NCBI GenBank assembly: GCA_964016885.1
Contig: OZ024740.1
Coordinates: 331,886,001 to 331,950,000 of the forward strand
Origin: Eledone cirrhosa
Taxonomy: Eukaryota
Direction of reading: 5' to 3'
DNA length: 64,000 nucleotides
The notes beneath the pieces are model-generated. The model saw only the letters and a program-made list of their open reading frames with translations. It was not told the DNA's origin and did no database searches. Numbering within the stretch: the first letter of the stretch is position 1; each line of letters begins with the position of its first letter. A program made the translations under genes and the position numbers. This document shows, piece after piece, positions 14,081 through 26,204 of this stretch.

Positions 14081-14374
14081 TAGGTAAATTTGAGGAGGAG
14101 AGGGGGTGCCCTTCCAGGGTGCTCTCGAAGCGTCGGGTCGTTCAGGATTGGTGGGGTACCTGAGCGAACCCTGGGTGGTCATCCCCCCTATCGGGGAATT
14201 TTTTCTTGTCATTTTCTTGTTTCTTTATTGTTACTTTGTTATTGTTACTTTGTTATTGTTATTCATATTGTTTACTCGATTTTTCTCTAAAGCCCCACTG
14301 TCCCTGTCTTTCGTATTGTCCCCTATATATAGGCCCTCGTGGCCAATAAATGAAATCATTATTATTATTATTAT

Positions 14375-15600
14375 TTCCATTATTATTTTTATTGTACATC
14401 ATTACTGCCTTACCGGGCAGAGCTCTGTGCGCTTTGGTTATGAGCATTGTAATTTTTGCTGATTTTGTTTCTATTGTATTGATAGTACTTTTCATAATGT
14501 GTGCAGTGCCTAATAGTGCTATCTTTTGTATGCTGTGTATATTTTTAAGTCCTGGGGCTTTGATAATGTAGCAATAAAATATTGTACCAATTACGTCATG
14601 CTGTTCAAGTTTTCCACTTCTCTTTCCACTTCTCTTTAAATTACCGGCCTTGTTCCCAAAGTATAAAAAAATATTATGAATCTTATTTTATTGCCCGTTG
14701 TTACCAAGCTCATCTATTTTTGCCTTCGGTATGTGCAGTGTTTTTGTGTGTTGTTATTTCTATTGTATTGAGTACACATTCCTTAATACGTGTGCAATGC
14801 CTATTACTGCTATTTTCTAATGCTGTATATATTTGTAAGTCTTGTCATTTTGGTTATGTATCTGTCTGAGTTATTTATATCATCCCCAGACCACCTGTTA
14901 TATCTTAAGTTCTTTATATTTGAATAAATTCTCCATTTCCTTGATGAGTATATTGTCTTGTACAGGGAAAGATATATCAATTAGATGACATTATTCCCTG
15001 TGGTCTTTGACAAAATTATCCGGTCGGTTATCTTTGATATCCTTGTCTACGTGTATTGGCATATTACGGAATATGGTTGCTTTGCAAATCTCAGATTGTT
15101 TCTGGTGTTTTTACTACAATATATATTTTGTCGTATTGGCACAATTTCCTTCCACTTTATGTAAATCCAAACCTGCCATGTCTTATTTCTGTACAGCCAG
15201 AGATGATGTCATTAATAATAACTTCCCATCAACACATGTTCTGCAGTTATTTGATTCTGTTTCATTGTGTATGTTTCTTGGTTTCTGGTGTGAAGCATTG
15301 ATCTTCGGCAACAATTAGAAATCTTTCAGTCTCGGCTTTTATTCTAGTGCTTCTTAACCAATTTTGTAAACTGTGCTTGTCTAGTTCCTCCCTGTTCATT
15401 TTCTACGATTATTGACCATGTGGGGGTTTTTCTTGCCGTTGTTTTATGATAGCATTCTGGATATCTAATTTTATTTTGATTTTTATCTTTTTCGTAGTTT
15501 CTGTTGCTCTTAATTCAGTGTTTCCATTTTCCTCATAATTGTCTGTCATTTCAGGTTTTGATTGGAATTTATTGCCTTCCTTGAAGATAGAAAATAATGT
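14375..15600 (-). mobile_element. Two tandem degenerate R4/Dong-type (RLE) LINE 3' ends
   Basis: Minus-strand translation gives IINDIISGC, RH.., KLCQY, NMPIHVDKDIKDNRPD..CHLIDISFP..KE..KYKEL and two C-termini (KIAVIGIAHVL, QKIALLGTAHI), ending in (AAT)n. Confidence 0.75.
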
Positions 15601-17284
15601 TTTGTTTTATTCATGTTTCATGAGTATTTGCATTAACTTTCCATTATTTGGTCCAAATATTTTAACTTTTCGATTTGAAATTACGCCCACGATTTTGTTT
15701 TAATGGAGGCGACACTCTCCTCCACATCTATCCAGTGCAGCGAAAAGATTGTCATGTGACAGTGCCACGGACTGTATTAAACTTATTAACGTCGGTATTC
15801 TTTGTAGTAGTAGTAGTAGTTGTAGTAGTAGTAGTAGTAGTAGTAGTTGTAGAAGTAGTAATATTAGTAGTAGTAGTAGTACTATGGCTCTACTATGTTA
15901 TCATGATCGTCTCTCATATAATCAATCTAATCTCCATCATGGCAATATATGTATGATGAAACCAATAACTTTCCTTGAGAATGTGTGTACTTAATTTAAA
16001 GTTTCGAACAAAAATTGGTTGACTAGATCTAGGATCATTTTCTAGATCGCTGGTCTTTTGTAATACAGATTATATATCGACAAAAACAAAAACTACGTTG
16101 GGTATTCAATCGATAAAGAAATGAAATTTATATGTATCCGGGCAACAGTTAAATGAGCTACAAGGACCTGCCATGTTCTTATTAGGTTTAGTTGGTAGCA
16201 CTATTACTAAACTGAATGTACAACTAAGATTAATCCACATCAAACGAATTTTAACCAAGAGCCTAATCATGATCACCATCCCATTCATAGGGCTTGTTTT
16301 TTGAAGAGCTAATTCTCAACAAATTGTATTCACAAGAAAGTTTAATTACTAGTAAGAAGCATGGAATTATCTTTAATGGAACAACGTGTGAGACTTTAAG
16401 TGGCTGCGTGACTTGTTAGAGGCAGCAACCAAATCACACACAAATTGCACTTTGCTCTCTCATAAAAGATAATATGCAATGTAAATATAGACCTAGGTAC
16501 ATTGTGTCTGCGAAGGGATGATTAAAGTTCGAGAAGCATTTGCCTATATGGATCACAGTTTACGTCTGGCTAAACACCAACAAATATCATTTAAGATTCG
16601 TCCCAATGTAGCTGATTTGAATTTATACATAATTAATTACGCCCTATTGCACAAGGAACATGATTTAAGAATAGTCTCTAGTTAGGTAAAATAGTCTCTA
16701 GTTAGGTTAAATATATATATATTATAATTGATCATTTCTCTTCTTTTGCTGGAATTGTGCGACACTGTTTTTTGCTGGGTATTAAATGCATTTTAGACAT
16801 GGTTCTTTTTTCTTAAATACATATAGAAAAGACCTGCTAGATAAGATGTAGAGTGACGGACAAACTGTAATATTTATTTGGGTACTTTTGGTGTCTGAAT
16901 AGAAATCCCACTAATATACTTTTAAACCCTTCATAATTCCGAAGGTAATTAAATAAATACCACATGTATATTGAGATCAAGCTAATCTTTTATATACATC
17001 TCTTAAATGTGAAGCCTTGTCTTTATTTTAGAAGTTAATATTTTCATACGGATGTGGTCGTTGGTTTAGAAAATAGGAGAAACGTCTGAAAATTGCATGT
17101 TGCTATTTAGGTCGATAGAATAACATTCCTGTCAAGTTCTGGTGAGCATTTATTCCATTATATCCGAAGGTATCATGTCTGTGATGAAAACATTGAAAGT
17201 TCGTTCGTCGGTAAAGATGAGATAAGAAGTCCGAAAACGTAATGTTAATAACTCGTCACAAATATTTAAACTAAGGAAGTCTTA

Positions 17285-17540
17285 GTGTTCAAATGTTCGT
17301 CTATACATAGAATGTCACAGGAAAGAAACGCTGAACAGATCTTACGAACAAAACCAACCGGCAAGAGACCCGGTGGTAGACCCCGAGCTAGATGGTTGAA
17401 TAACATCCATGAGCTTGGCTGGACACGCTTGGAGATCCACCCGGATCAGTTGGAGACGGTTGCTTCTGACAGGACCCACTAGTGTTTGAGGACTCTGTCC
17501 CCACAACCCTCTCAGGAATAAGTGGGCGAAGAAGAAAAAG
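17285..17540 (+). mobile_element. RTE-type LINE 3' end
   Basis: HRMSQER..QILRTKPTGKRPGGRPRARWLNNI is a typical RT C-terminus; short 3' UTR ending gaagaagaaaaga. Confidence 0.75.
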
Positions 17541-18399
17541 ACATCTGTAACAGCACTGGCATCTATCGAGCCTTTACAAACCACCAAGTATAAAAAGGAA
17601 ACATGCGATAATGTAGTAATATATATATAAACTATATCTGTAAACACAAATAAATTTTCGCAGTTAGAATAAGATTCGTCATATGTGTACTCATTCATTG
17701 TTGGTTTGGGGCCAAACCCCTATACCACCACAACCAATACGAGTGCCACCTCACCATCATCAAACAAATAAGTAATTCCATCTAAAATCAGAGATTAGAA
17801 ATCAGAAATCACTCTCTTCCATTTGATTGTAGTTATATGGAAGTTCATAAATTTGTGTTTGTATCATATCACTTCAATTTATCTTTATTGAACATGTTAT
17901 ATATGAAACATAAACTAGATTGTTCTCGGCTTGTATATCAATCGAACATAAACCACAAATATTATTGAGAAAAATTTAAATTTTCATAATTTACAACTGG
18001 TCTATAATAATAGTGTGTGTCTGTTGTTATTTTAGCTGTGTGCACACTTTACTATCTCTCCAGTTCAAGAAAAGTAATTTTTATTGATTTGCTTCGTTAA
18101 ACCAGGGAGACACTCTCTTATGTAACGTATTTACACTCTACGATACAATCACATAACACACATTACTCATACGGTTTTTCGTATCTTGAAATCAGGCGTC
18201 GGCAACGATTAATGCTGATAACAGTTCTGACAGTTTCACTATAAATGCAAAGACTTATTAATTGGCACAGATAACGTTAATGTGAAGTGCAGTGATAATT
18301 AACACACAACGCACATCACTTTATGAAAGGTTAACTTCTGTGTTCCAAAATCATATTAGACATTTATGTAAACTTTCTTCAAATAATACGAGAAGATGG

Positions 18400-19145
18400 A
18401 AAAAAAAACGAAAAATAAAAATAAAAAGTGGATTCCATTAAGAATCACGCACACGTCTTTTGTAATTATTTCATATTGTAATAAATGTAATTATCACTAT
18501 GGTATGAGAAAAAATCTTTATGCAAACTTAAAACCGGATGGTAGACAAACAACGTAGGATTTAAATAATAATTGATTATATAAGATTTAGCCTGTGGGCC
18601 TAAAAGTTGTTAATGTATTTATTGTAAAACTGTAAGGACAAAGAAGAAACACCTATATACTTATACTTAAACACCATTGAAATACGTTTATGTATTTGTC
18701 CTGAAAGATTCTTGATTTGAAATTGTTTGTTGAAACCGATGTTGTTATACTTGGTGATGGTCATGTGGCCAATGTTGCCAACGAAAAGAAGGAAACACAC
18801 GCACCATATCTTTATCTTTAACGTTCGTTACTCATTCGTTTGCCAAAGTTCTTTCGTCACACATCTATGACCTCCTCAATGACTATGTTTCGTGTCTATT
18901 TATTTCCTGGATTGAACATTTACTCCATCTTCGCTTTGTTTTCAAACAAAAACAAGATGGAGTAGAAGTTTAAGACCAGGAAAAAGATGAAATAGAAAAA
19001 CTGATAGTTATTGAGGAAGTCACAGAATGTGTCACGAAAGAACTTTGACAAACGAATGAATAAGGAATAATAAAGAAAAAGATGAGTGCGTGTGTTTCGT
19101 TTTATTGGATATATTGGTAATATCGCCATCCAGAAATGTAACAAT
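18400..19145 (-). mobile_element. PLE fragment: pseudo-LTR (pLTR) running into ORF start, plus inverted pLTR copy
   Basis: Minus frame MTITKYNNIGFNKQFQIKNL is homologous to TLPKHNDISFN..QIKNL at 46820-46890. HHR-like motifs at 18842-18883 (-) and 19007-19049 (+) form an inverted pair. Confidence 0.7.
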
Positions 19146-20749
19146 AATTATTGAAATAATTATCGCAGTACCTTCAGCGAGAAAAAAGCAAGCGAATAGA
19201 AAAGGATAGAAGAGGAATGTGTATGTACGCCTATACAAGTTTTTGTTCATCTACATGTAATTATACCACTATAAAAATATGTTTATAAAAAAAGGGAAAC
19301 TGAAACTTTGCAGTGAATAAAAAAAAGAGAGACAGTGAATATGATAGAGTGCGAATAATAAAGAAGTATAAACAAATATAAACAAGAGTGAATTAAATGG
19401 ACATCGAAAATATTAGTTTAAATACAGAATTTCATATTAATATTTTCAACTCTGTATTCAAAATAAATCTTGTTAAGATAGACAACTGCGGTAACTGTTG
19501 TTGGAATTCATAAACATGCATAGACACCTCTGATCTGTCTGCAACAGAAACGCGTCAAATTCCAATATATGAATGGTAGCACGTTTTCATACTGTCAGTT
19601 CTTAGAAAAAATGTTCACATCAATTTTGAATAGTTTTTATAGAAACCAAATCAATATTATCGCATGATCTAAATATTAGCCGGCGGTTTTAGTTCAAATT
19701 TTAACAAGAAAGAATTCTCTCAACAAACCTCAATAAAAACACACCTAAGACGATAATATAACATGACATCAGTTTCTTCAACCATTATTCTGAATGAAAT
19801 AATATGAGGTTTTACAAGAACGTTTGGGAAAACAGAAAGAAAATAACCAATATAAGGCAGTTCCTATTAAACTAGACAGTATCCTCCAAAAATACACTGA
19901 AATAGTGGAAACAAGTGAGCTAAAATTACATAAATATGCCCAGAGACTCAAATATTTCTTCCTGCGATATGAGAATGAAAAGGTGAGAGATGACGAGCAG
20001 ACTATTTCCAATAATGTCATTTCTAATATATAACACACGATGTGTTATTTTGCTGGCTGGTTGGTTGGTCTCGTGTCAGATGTCACGTTTGACATTGTAT
20101 AGAAAGAGTGTGTGTGGTAGAGAGACAAATTAAAAAAAGGCAATATAGAGAGAACTAGCGTAAGTGTTGAAGGACAATACATACTGATGGAAGAGGCAGA
20201 TAAAATGTGACATCGATAGAGAAAAACAATAAAGGACCGATTAAGCGAAATGACACGTGCGCCTATATATACATAAGTATACACACGTGCGTATGCATAC
20301 ACACTTATATACACATATACCTGTACATATATATTCACACACACAAGCTCAAACACAAATATACACACAAGTTATTGTCGTCTGTTTAAAGTGTTTGTAC
20401 AAGTTTTAGGTTTTACATGCTTTATTTTTTTTTTTTTGTATTTTCAACGAATCGGTAAACGCATACAAAAATATGTATTCCTCTATTGATTTCCATTGCT
20501 TTTTTTCTCAAGTCAAAGCTATATTTAATACTTTATATGTATCATTTTAGCGGTTAGAAAAATATAATCGTAGTGAATTCATAGTTATTTTTATTAATAC
20601 ATTTACACTTTTTTCTTTATTTACACACGGTTACCAAAATTAAGATATACTAGTATATTACATAATAGCCGCTAATATATTAACTCTACTCATGTTTTAG
20701 AGGTGAAGATGATTTGGATTCGCAGAGACTCATGTATGAAACGTATATA

Positions 20750-20974
20750 CAGGGGAGGTGGAAGCATTTCTGAATTGGGGGACAAATTTGGATAATTTAG
20801 TTGTAGTGATTAGTTTAGCTTTTTGCACTCTAAAATGGTCAGAAAACTTCGATATGCGATAAACATAACATGTACATAAATTGTAGCGCATATCCAAATA
20901 GTTGTGTGCTTTGGTAGATTGGGGAGAAAATATAATTATTGAAGGTGGCATCACCCCCTGTTCCACCGCTACTG
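20750..20974. mobile_element. MITE with ~16-bp imperfect TIRs (hAT-like CAG ends)
   Basis: Left CAGGGGAGGTGGAAGCA; right end reverse complement CAGTAGCGGTGGAACA; TA-rich flanks cgtatata / tatatata. Confidence 0.6.
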
Positions 20975-21311
20975 TATATATATATAATTTTTTTTTAAAT
21001 ATGCTCTCTGGCTAATCCTAAGAGGTTAACATATGAAGCTTCTTCGCATAAGAAATTGGTATTAAATCCAATTTATTCCTCTCCTAAATACACACACACA
21101 CATACACACACACACATATATATATATATTTGAGAAAATGATGGTTTTAAAAAAAAAGGAATATAGAGATGGAGGGTCTGTGTTGCTGTTGTGGTTTGTC
21201 TCAAACCGTCCAACTCAATTTTACTTCTGAGAATCATAAGAAATGTGAAACGGGTAAAGTAAATAGATAAATATTCTTAAAAAACTCCAGTTACGTTTGC
21301 AATTTCTTTTC

Positions 21312-21420
<109 letters not shown>

Positions 21421-21451
21421 AAAGAATAGAGGTGTAACACACAAGTTATTA

Positions 21452-21999
21452 TATATTGGTAAACGGAATAGAAAATGCTGACAAATTGTTCACAGTTGAA
21501 AAATGGTTTAATTAGGAATAAAAGAGTATTAGTAATTGTATGGGTTAGTATTCAGTTGTGGTTTTAAGTTTTTAAGTTTTTACCGGTTGCGCATTTCTAA
21601 ATGCTTTTCAAAAATAATTTTGAGATAGAGTGTCCGTGTTGTTTGCTCTGATCTGATTAGATTTGGGAATTCTACCTGTTTTTATGTTAAAAAAGTGGCT
21701 CCAGCGCTACTTTGGTGTTGCAAAAATTCTTGTGGTCAAAACAATTTTGATTGGTCGGTAGAGGTCATGTGAATGTAAAAAATTGATTTTGCGCCAAGAC
21801 TGTTTTTATGTTAAAAAAGTGGCTCCAGCGCAAAAATTATTGTGGTCAAAACAATTTTGATTGGTCGGTAGAGGTCATGTGAATAAAAAATTGATTTTGC
21901 GCCAAGACTGAGAAATGACTCTTTCACAACAAATATGTGTGTGTGTGTGTGTGTGTGTGTGTATAAGTCTCTTTGTATGTTAATGTACGCGTGTGTATG

Positions 22000-22035
<36 letters not shown>

Positions 22036-22135
22036 AGAGAATGTGTGTGTGCGTGTGTGTGGGTGGACCAGTATTTTTCCCCTGGTAAAATGGTGTACAT
22101 TATTCGGTCAACCCACACACATATACACACATTCT

Positions 22136-22173
<38 letters not shown>

Positions 22174-22346
22174 CACACACACACACACATACACACGCGT
22201 ACATTAACATACAAAGAGACTTATACACACACACACACTTCTCCATATAAGACAAAAGCTGAAAAATATCTTTTGACATGCTAAAATACCCCCACTGCTT
22301 ACAGACACATTCCTACTGACCATCCCGCTACCATGAATTGCTCTGC

Positions 22347-22380
<34 letters not shown>

Positions 22381-22958
22381 AGCCATTTGACACACATCCC
22401 TGCTAACCATTATCACAACATCGAACACTTTACTACTACTACACACACACACACACACACACATATTTGTTGTGAAAGAGTCATTTCTTAGTCTTGGCGC
22501 AAAATCAATTTTTTATTCACATGACCTCTACCGACCAATCAAAATTGTTTTGACCACAAGAATTTTTGCAACACCAAGTAGCGCTGGAGCCACTTTTTTA
22601 ACATAAAAACAGTCTTGGCGCAAAATCAATTTTTTACATTCACATGACCTCTACCGACCAATCAAAATTGTTTTGCCCACAAGAATTTTTGCAACACCAA
22701 AGTAGCGCTGGAGCCACTTTTTTAACATAAAAACAGGTAGAATTCCCAAAACTAATCAGATCAGAGCAAACAACACGGACACTCTATCTCAAAATTATTT
22801 TTGAAAAGCATTTAGAAATGCGCAACCGGTAAAAACTTAAAAACTTAAAACCACAACTGAATACTAACCCATACAATTACTAATACTCCTTTATTCCTAA
22901 TTAAACTATTTTTCAACTGTGAACAATTTGTCAGCATTTTCTATTCCGTTTACCAATA
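21452..22958. mobile_element. ~1.5-kb palindromic (head-to-head) PLE-derived non-coding insertion
   Basis: Arms ~21452-22070 and ~22105-22958 are near-identical reverse complements (the right arm has ~210 extra bp). Each arm has a ~118-bp tandem duplication and a minimal HHR-like motif ~125 nt from the TA-abutting end. Confidence 0.75.
22798..22835 (+). ncRNA. Minimal type I HHR-like motif, U3-A8 core, A13C substitution (mirror copy ~21577-21614 on -)
   Basis: UUU-UUGAAAA-GCAUU(UAGA)AAUGC-GCAAC-CG-GUA-AAA, with palindromic helix III ACCGGU. Confidence 0.55.
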
Positions 22959-23173
22959 TATATATATATATATATACATACATTTAGGTTTGTTGGTTCA
23001 CCACTGGATAGAACTGGACATTCCGTATGGTCAACCTCGATGTAATATTATGGAGAGCACTCGACGTAATGCAACTCACCCGTCTTCGTTTGTGCTGTTG
23101 ATGGTGCGAGAACGGAGCTAATTATTATAAAATAAAAGGAGGCTGGACTGGTGTAATTCCTTAAAGGTTTATT

Positions 23174-23231
23174 ACACTATGAACATTTCAATGACCAGGT
23201 TCAGTAAGAATCCGGTGACATCATCAGGTAT
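23174..23231 (-). ncRNA. Type I hammerhead ribozyme motif
   Basis: AUAC-CUGAUGA-UGUCACC...GGUCAUU-GAAAU(GUUC)AUA-GUGU. Confidence 0.7.
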
Positions 23232-23499
23232 TCGAAATTTAACAAAGGAATATAATCCATGGGGTTGAAAAGGCAGAGAGACAAGAAGCCGGCCACACAT
23301 TTAGCAGTTTCTAGTTCGGTCGGCCGCCTTCTTGGTGAAGGGGCGTAAGCTTATAGTGTAATACCCCGAAAACTAAGATTTAGGTTTAAGTTTGGGAGAT
23401 TTAGTTAAAGAATTTACAGGAGGAGGCGTTTATGAAAAGGTTAAGTGTATTATTGATAGTCACGATTAAGTTTCAGGGTAGAATATAAAGTTAAGACTA

Positions 23500-24032
23500 A
23501 GCCCATGTTTGGCGGTCAGTAAGCAGCGACGTTGCGTACTCGCAGCCCACCCGGGGCGCAATGGCGTGTCAACCGTTCCGAGTATTTTCGTCTACCGAAA
23601 GAAAGGGAAATTTACTTTTCCGAGCACTCCAGGAATGTTAACCGTCTCAAGCGCCGTGGGTGCTAGCGGGAAGCCCGCCAACGTCGGCTGATCATCGTGT
23701 ATACCAAACAATTCTTAGTTATTCACACTGGTGGAGGATTAAGTTAAAGGGCTAGTAGAAGGAGCCATGATAAATATTAAAGTTATGATTAAGCCTAGAG
23801 TTTAAAAGCACTGTATGGCGGTCAATAACCGGTGGCACGGCGGATTCCAAGCAAGCCCAGGGCTCAAAGGGTAACAGCCGTCCGAGTATGTTCGTTTACC
23901 GATTGAAGGGGAAATTTATTTTTCCAAGCACTCTAGGAAGGCTGATTGACTCGTGCGCCTAGCGTGCAATCGGGAAAGCCGCCACATCAGTCGGATCATC
24001 GCGTGTACCAAACGATTATTAGTTATTCACAC
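23500..24032 (-). repeat. Two diverged tandem copies of a ~230-nt GC-rich, putatively structured module
   Basis: Copies 23500-23728 and 23807-24032 share blocks (TGGCGGTCA, CCGAGTAT, GGGAAATTTA.TTTTCC.AGCACTC.AGGAA, GATCATCG, TACCAAAC..TT.TTAGTTATTCACAC). Indels break any shared reading frame. Confidence 0.85.
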
Positions 24033-24457
24033 CCGTGATGTGAAGTTTAAAACTGGCAAAATCTGATGAAATGGGTAGGAATACTATATTTAGTCCCCAG
24101 ATAACCCGGGTTATATGTAGTGTGATTTCTGAGTGTGTATGAGGAGTGATTAAAGATAAACAGATATAGGGGTACAGAGAATAATATTCTAGGGTCGTGT
24201 GCTAAATTTAGGTAACAGATGAGTACAAGGATAAGTATATAAGGAGAGTAAAATGAATAAATACATAAATACAAACATAAATAAAAGGCAGTCATACACA
24301 GGATGGTAATTGTGGGAGTAAAAATGGAAGTAAATAAAAACATATCGAAGGAATCAAAATACAGAAGAAAAAAAAAATACAGATCAAGGTGTAGCAAATG
24401 AACAATAGATAACACGGTTGGAGAATACATGGATTATATTCTTTTGTTAAATTTCAA

Positions 24458-24515
24458 ATACCTGATGATGTCACCTGATTCATACTTAACCCGGTCATTG
24501 AAATCTTCATAGTAT
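24458..24515 (+). ncRNA. Type I hammerhead ribozyme motif (inverted pLTR copy)
   Basis: AUAC-CUGAUGA-UGUCACC...GGUCAUU-GAAAU(CUUC)AUA-GUAU; helix I is perfectly paired. Confidence 0.7.
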
Positions 24516-24558
24516 AATGAACCTTTAAGGAATTACACCAGTCCAGCCTCCTGTTATT

Positions 24559-24618
<60 letters not shown>

Positions 24619-25369
24619 AGACACGCAGTGACTAACAACAGAGTGTTTTAAGTCTGCGTGTAATATATATGCGTAGCTTGTGAATAAAAAATGTAAGGGG
24701 TATCAATGGCCGTGGTGATGATCGCTGCCAAACATGTTTTGTAATGTATCGTCTTTCTGGCTAATTTCATCGTCTAATTGGCTAATCAACCAACGAGAGT
24801 AATTGTTGCTCAAAAGCATCCTCCATTTTGTTTGCACGTTTATTCATCGTTTCGCTTTCGAATCTTCCTCCCGTATTTCGTCGTTTATCATCATAATATT
24901 TTTTCTCGCTTTGGTAACTTTTATTGTTATATGATTTTTTAAATTCATATTAACCATTTTTTTTTAGTTCGTTATAACATGCTTATAATATTAGTTGTAT
25001 CATATTTACTTGTATATTTGTCCATATCATTGTTCGTTTTATGTTAGATTATTTTATTATTATTATGTTAGATTATTTTATTATTATTATGTTAGACTAT
25101 TTGTATGTAATATTTAATTTTTATTAATTCAACTATAACAATTATTATGTAAAATATATTTATTTAATATTGATTGCTTTTTGTAGTTGTTTATATTAAA
25201 AGTCTGAAAATATATTTATACATCTTATAATAATATTTATAAGATCATTTATAAAATAACAATTATATAATCTAATTACATTACAACGATAATTTATTAT
25301 TAAAAAGCATTAATATATATCATGTTTAACTAGAGTTATTACAAGTATTGCCTTAAAAAAATATTAAAC

Positions 25370-25812
25370 TAGACCTGAAAAATGCGCAAGCTCAAAAGAG
25401 CCACAGAATTTTATAATAAACCTTCAAAAGTGTGGGACTAGAGTTGTTGCTCAAACATATTGTAATCATTATCGATCGTACACTCTGTGGCATCCTTTTA
25501 TAAAAAAGAGACTCATAACGAACTCAAGGCGACACGATGATTATTTAATTGAATTTGTAATATAGAATTAGGTTTAAGTGCATTTCGTATTAATCATTAC
25601 TAAACATCTAATATGAGATATTGAACATTAGCTTAAATAATTATCGTGTCGTCTTGAGTTCGTTATGAGTCTCTTTTTTATAAAAGGATGCCACAGAGTG
25701 TACGATAGATAATGATTACAATATTTTTGAGCAAGAACTCTAGTCCCACACTTTGAAGGTTTATTATATAACATTCTATGGCTCTTTTGGACTTGCGCAT
25801 TTTTCAGGTCTA
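25370..25812. repeat. Inverted repeat with ~180-bp arms
   Basis: 25370-25548 is the reverse complement of 25633-25812; the right end abuts TA/TG repeats; possibly PLE pLTR-derived. Confidence 0.85.
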
Positions 25813-26073
25813 ATATATATATGTGTGTGTGTGAAAGTCTAGAGTAACAAGGCTTAGCCATAATAAATTAATATTTAAATCTTACGTCCGACAATAATTC
25901 ACGTACTCTCAGGTCTTGAATAATCCCCCCCCCCCCGCTTACCATTTTCAGATACCTCCCTCACCATCGGTTTTTATTCGACACCAACCTCCACCGGCTT
26001 ATTAGTTTTTGCTAATATATTTCCGGCGTTATTCATATTGACACAGAATATGGAGATTCTAATAATATTATTG

Positions 26074-26155
26074 TTCCTTACGGGGTCGATAAAATAAAAT
26101 ACCAGTAATGCACTTGGTAATTGCTGGCCTTGTGCCAAAAGTAGAAACAATTATT
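26074..26155 (+). mobile_element. 5'-truncated SINE (core plus tail)
   Basis: ccttacggggtcgataaaataaaataccagtaatgcac...ggccttgtgccaaaagtagaaacaatt. Confidence 0.85.
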
Positions 26156-26204
26156 ATTTTACATTGAAAAACATTAAATATGTCATTACAAAAAATCTCA
26201 TATT

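Larger units (their letters stand above)
8765..14373 (+). mobile_element. Near full-length Tx1/L1-clade non-LTR retrotransposon (ORF1 plus APE-RT ORF2), inactivated
   Basis: ORF1 pieces with a zinc-knuckle-like PQCFVCGGKH; APE motifs (CLNVRGL, SET, VYAP, GDWN, IDRI, SDH); RT motifs (FRPITLLNTEFKIL, LDQSKAFNRVDH, YPDD); C-terminal CPRC..ETVLHAL..C; (ATT)n tail. Confidence 0.95.
22980..24566 (-). mobile_element. PLE 3' region/pLTR with an inverted pLTR copy, between (TA)n tracts
   Basis: Inverted repeats of ~140 bp (23123-23261 and 24428-24566), each containing an HHR; internal duplicated GC-rich module. Confidence 0.75.

Noticed and set aside
23500-24032. Calling the duplicated module a snoRNA, SECIS, HDV-like ribozyme, RNase P/MRP or a 60-aa CDS
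   Set aside because: The C/D-like boxes are imperfect, SECIS geometry (short helix II, AAR loop) and the HDV pseudoknot could not be built in both copies, and the reading frame is not shared. Left unassigned.
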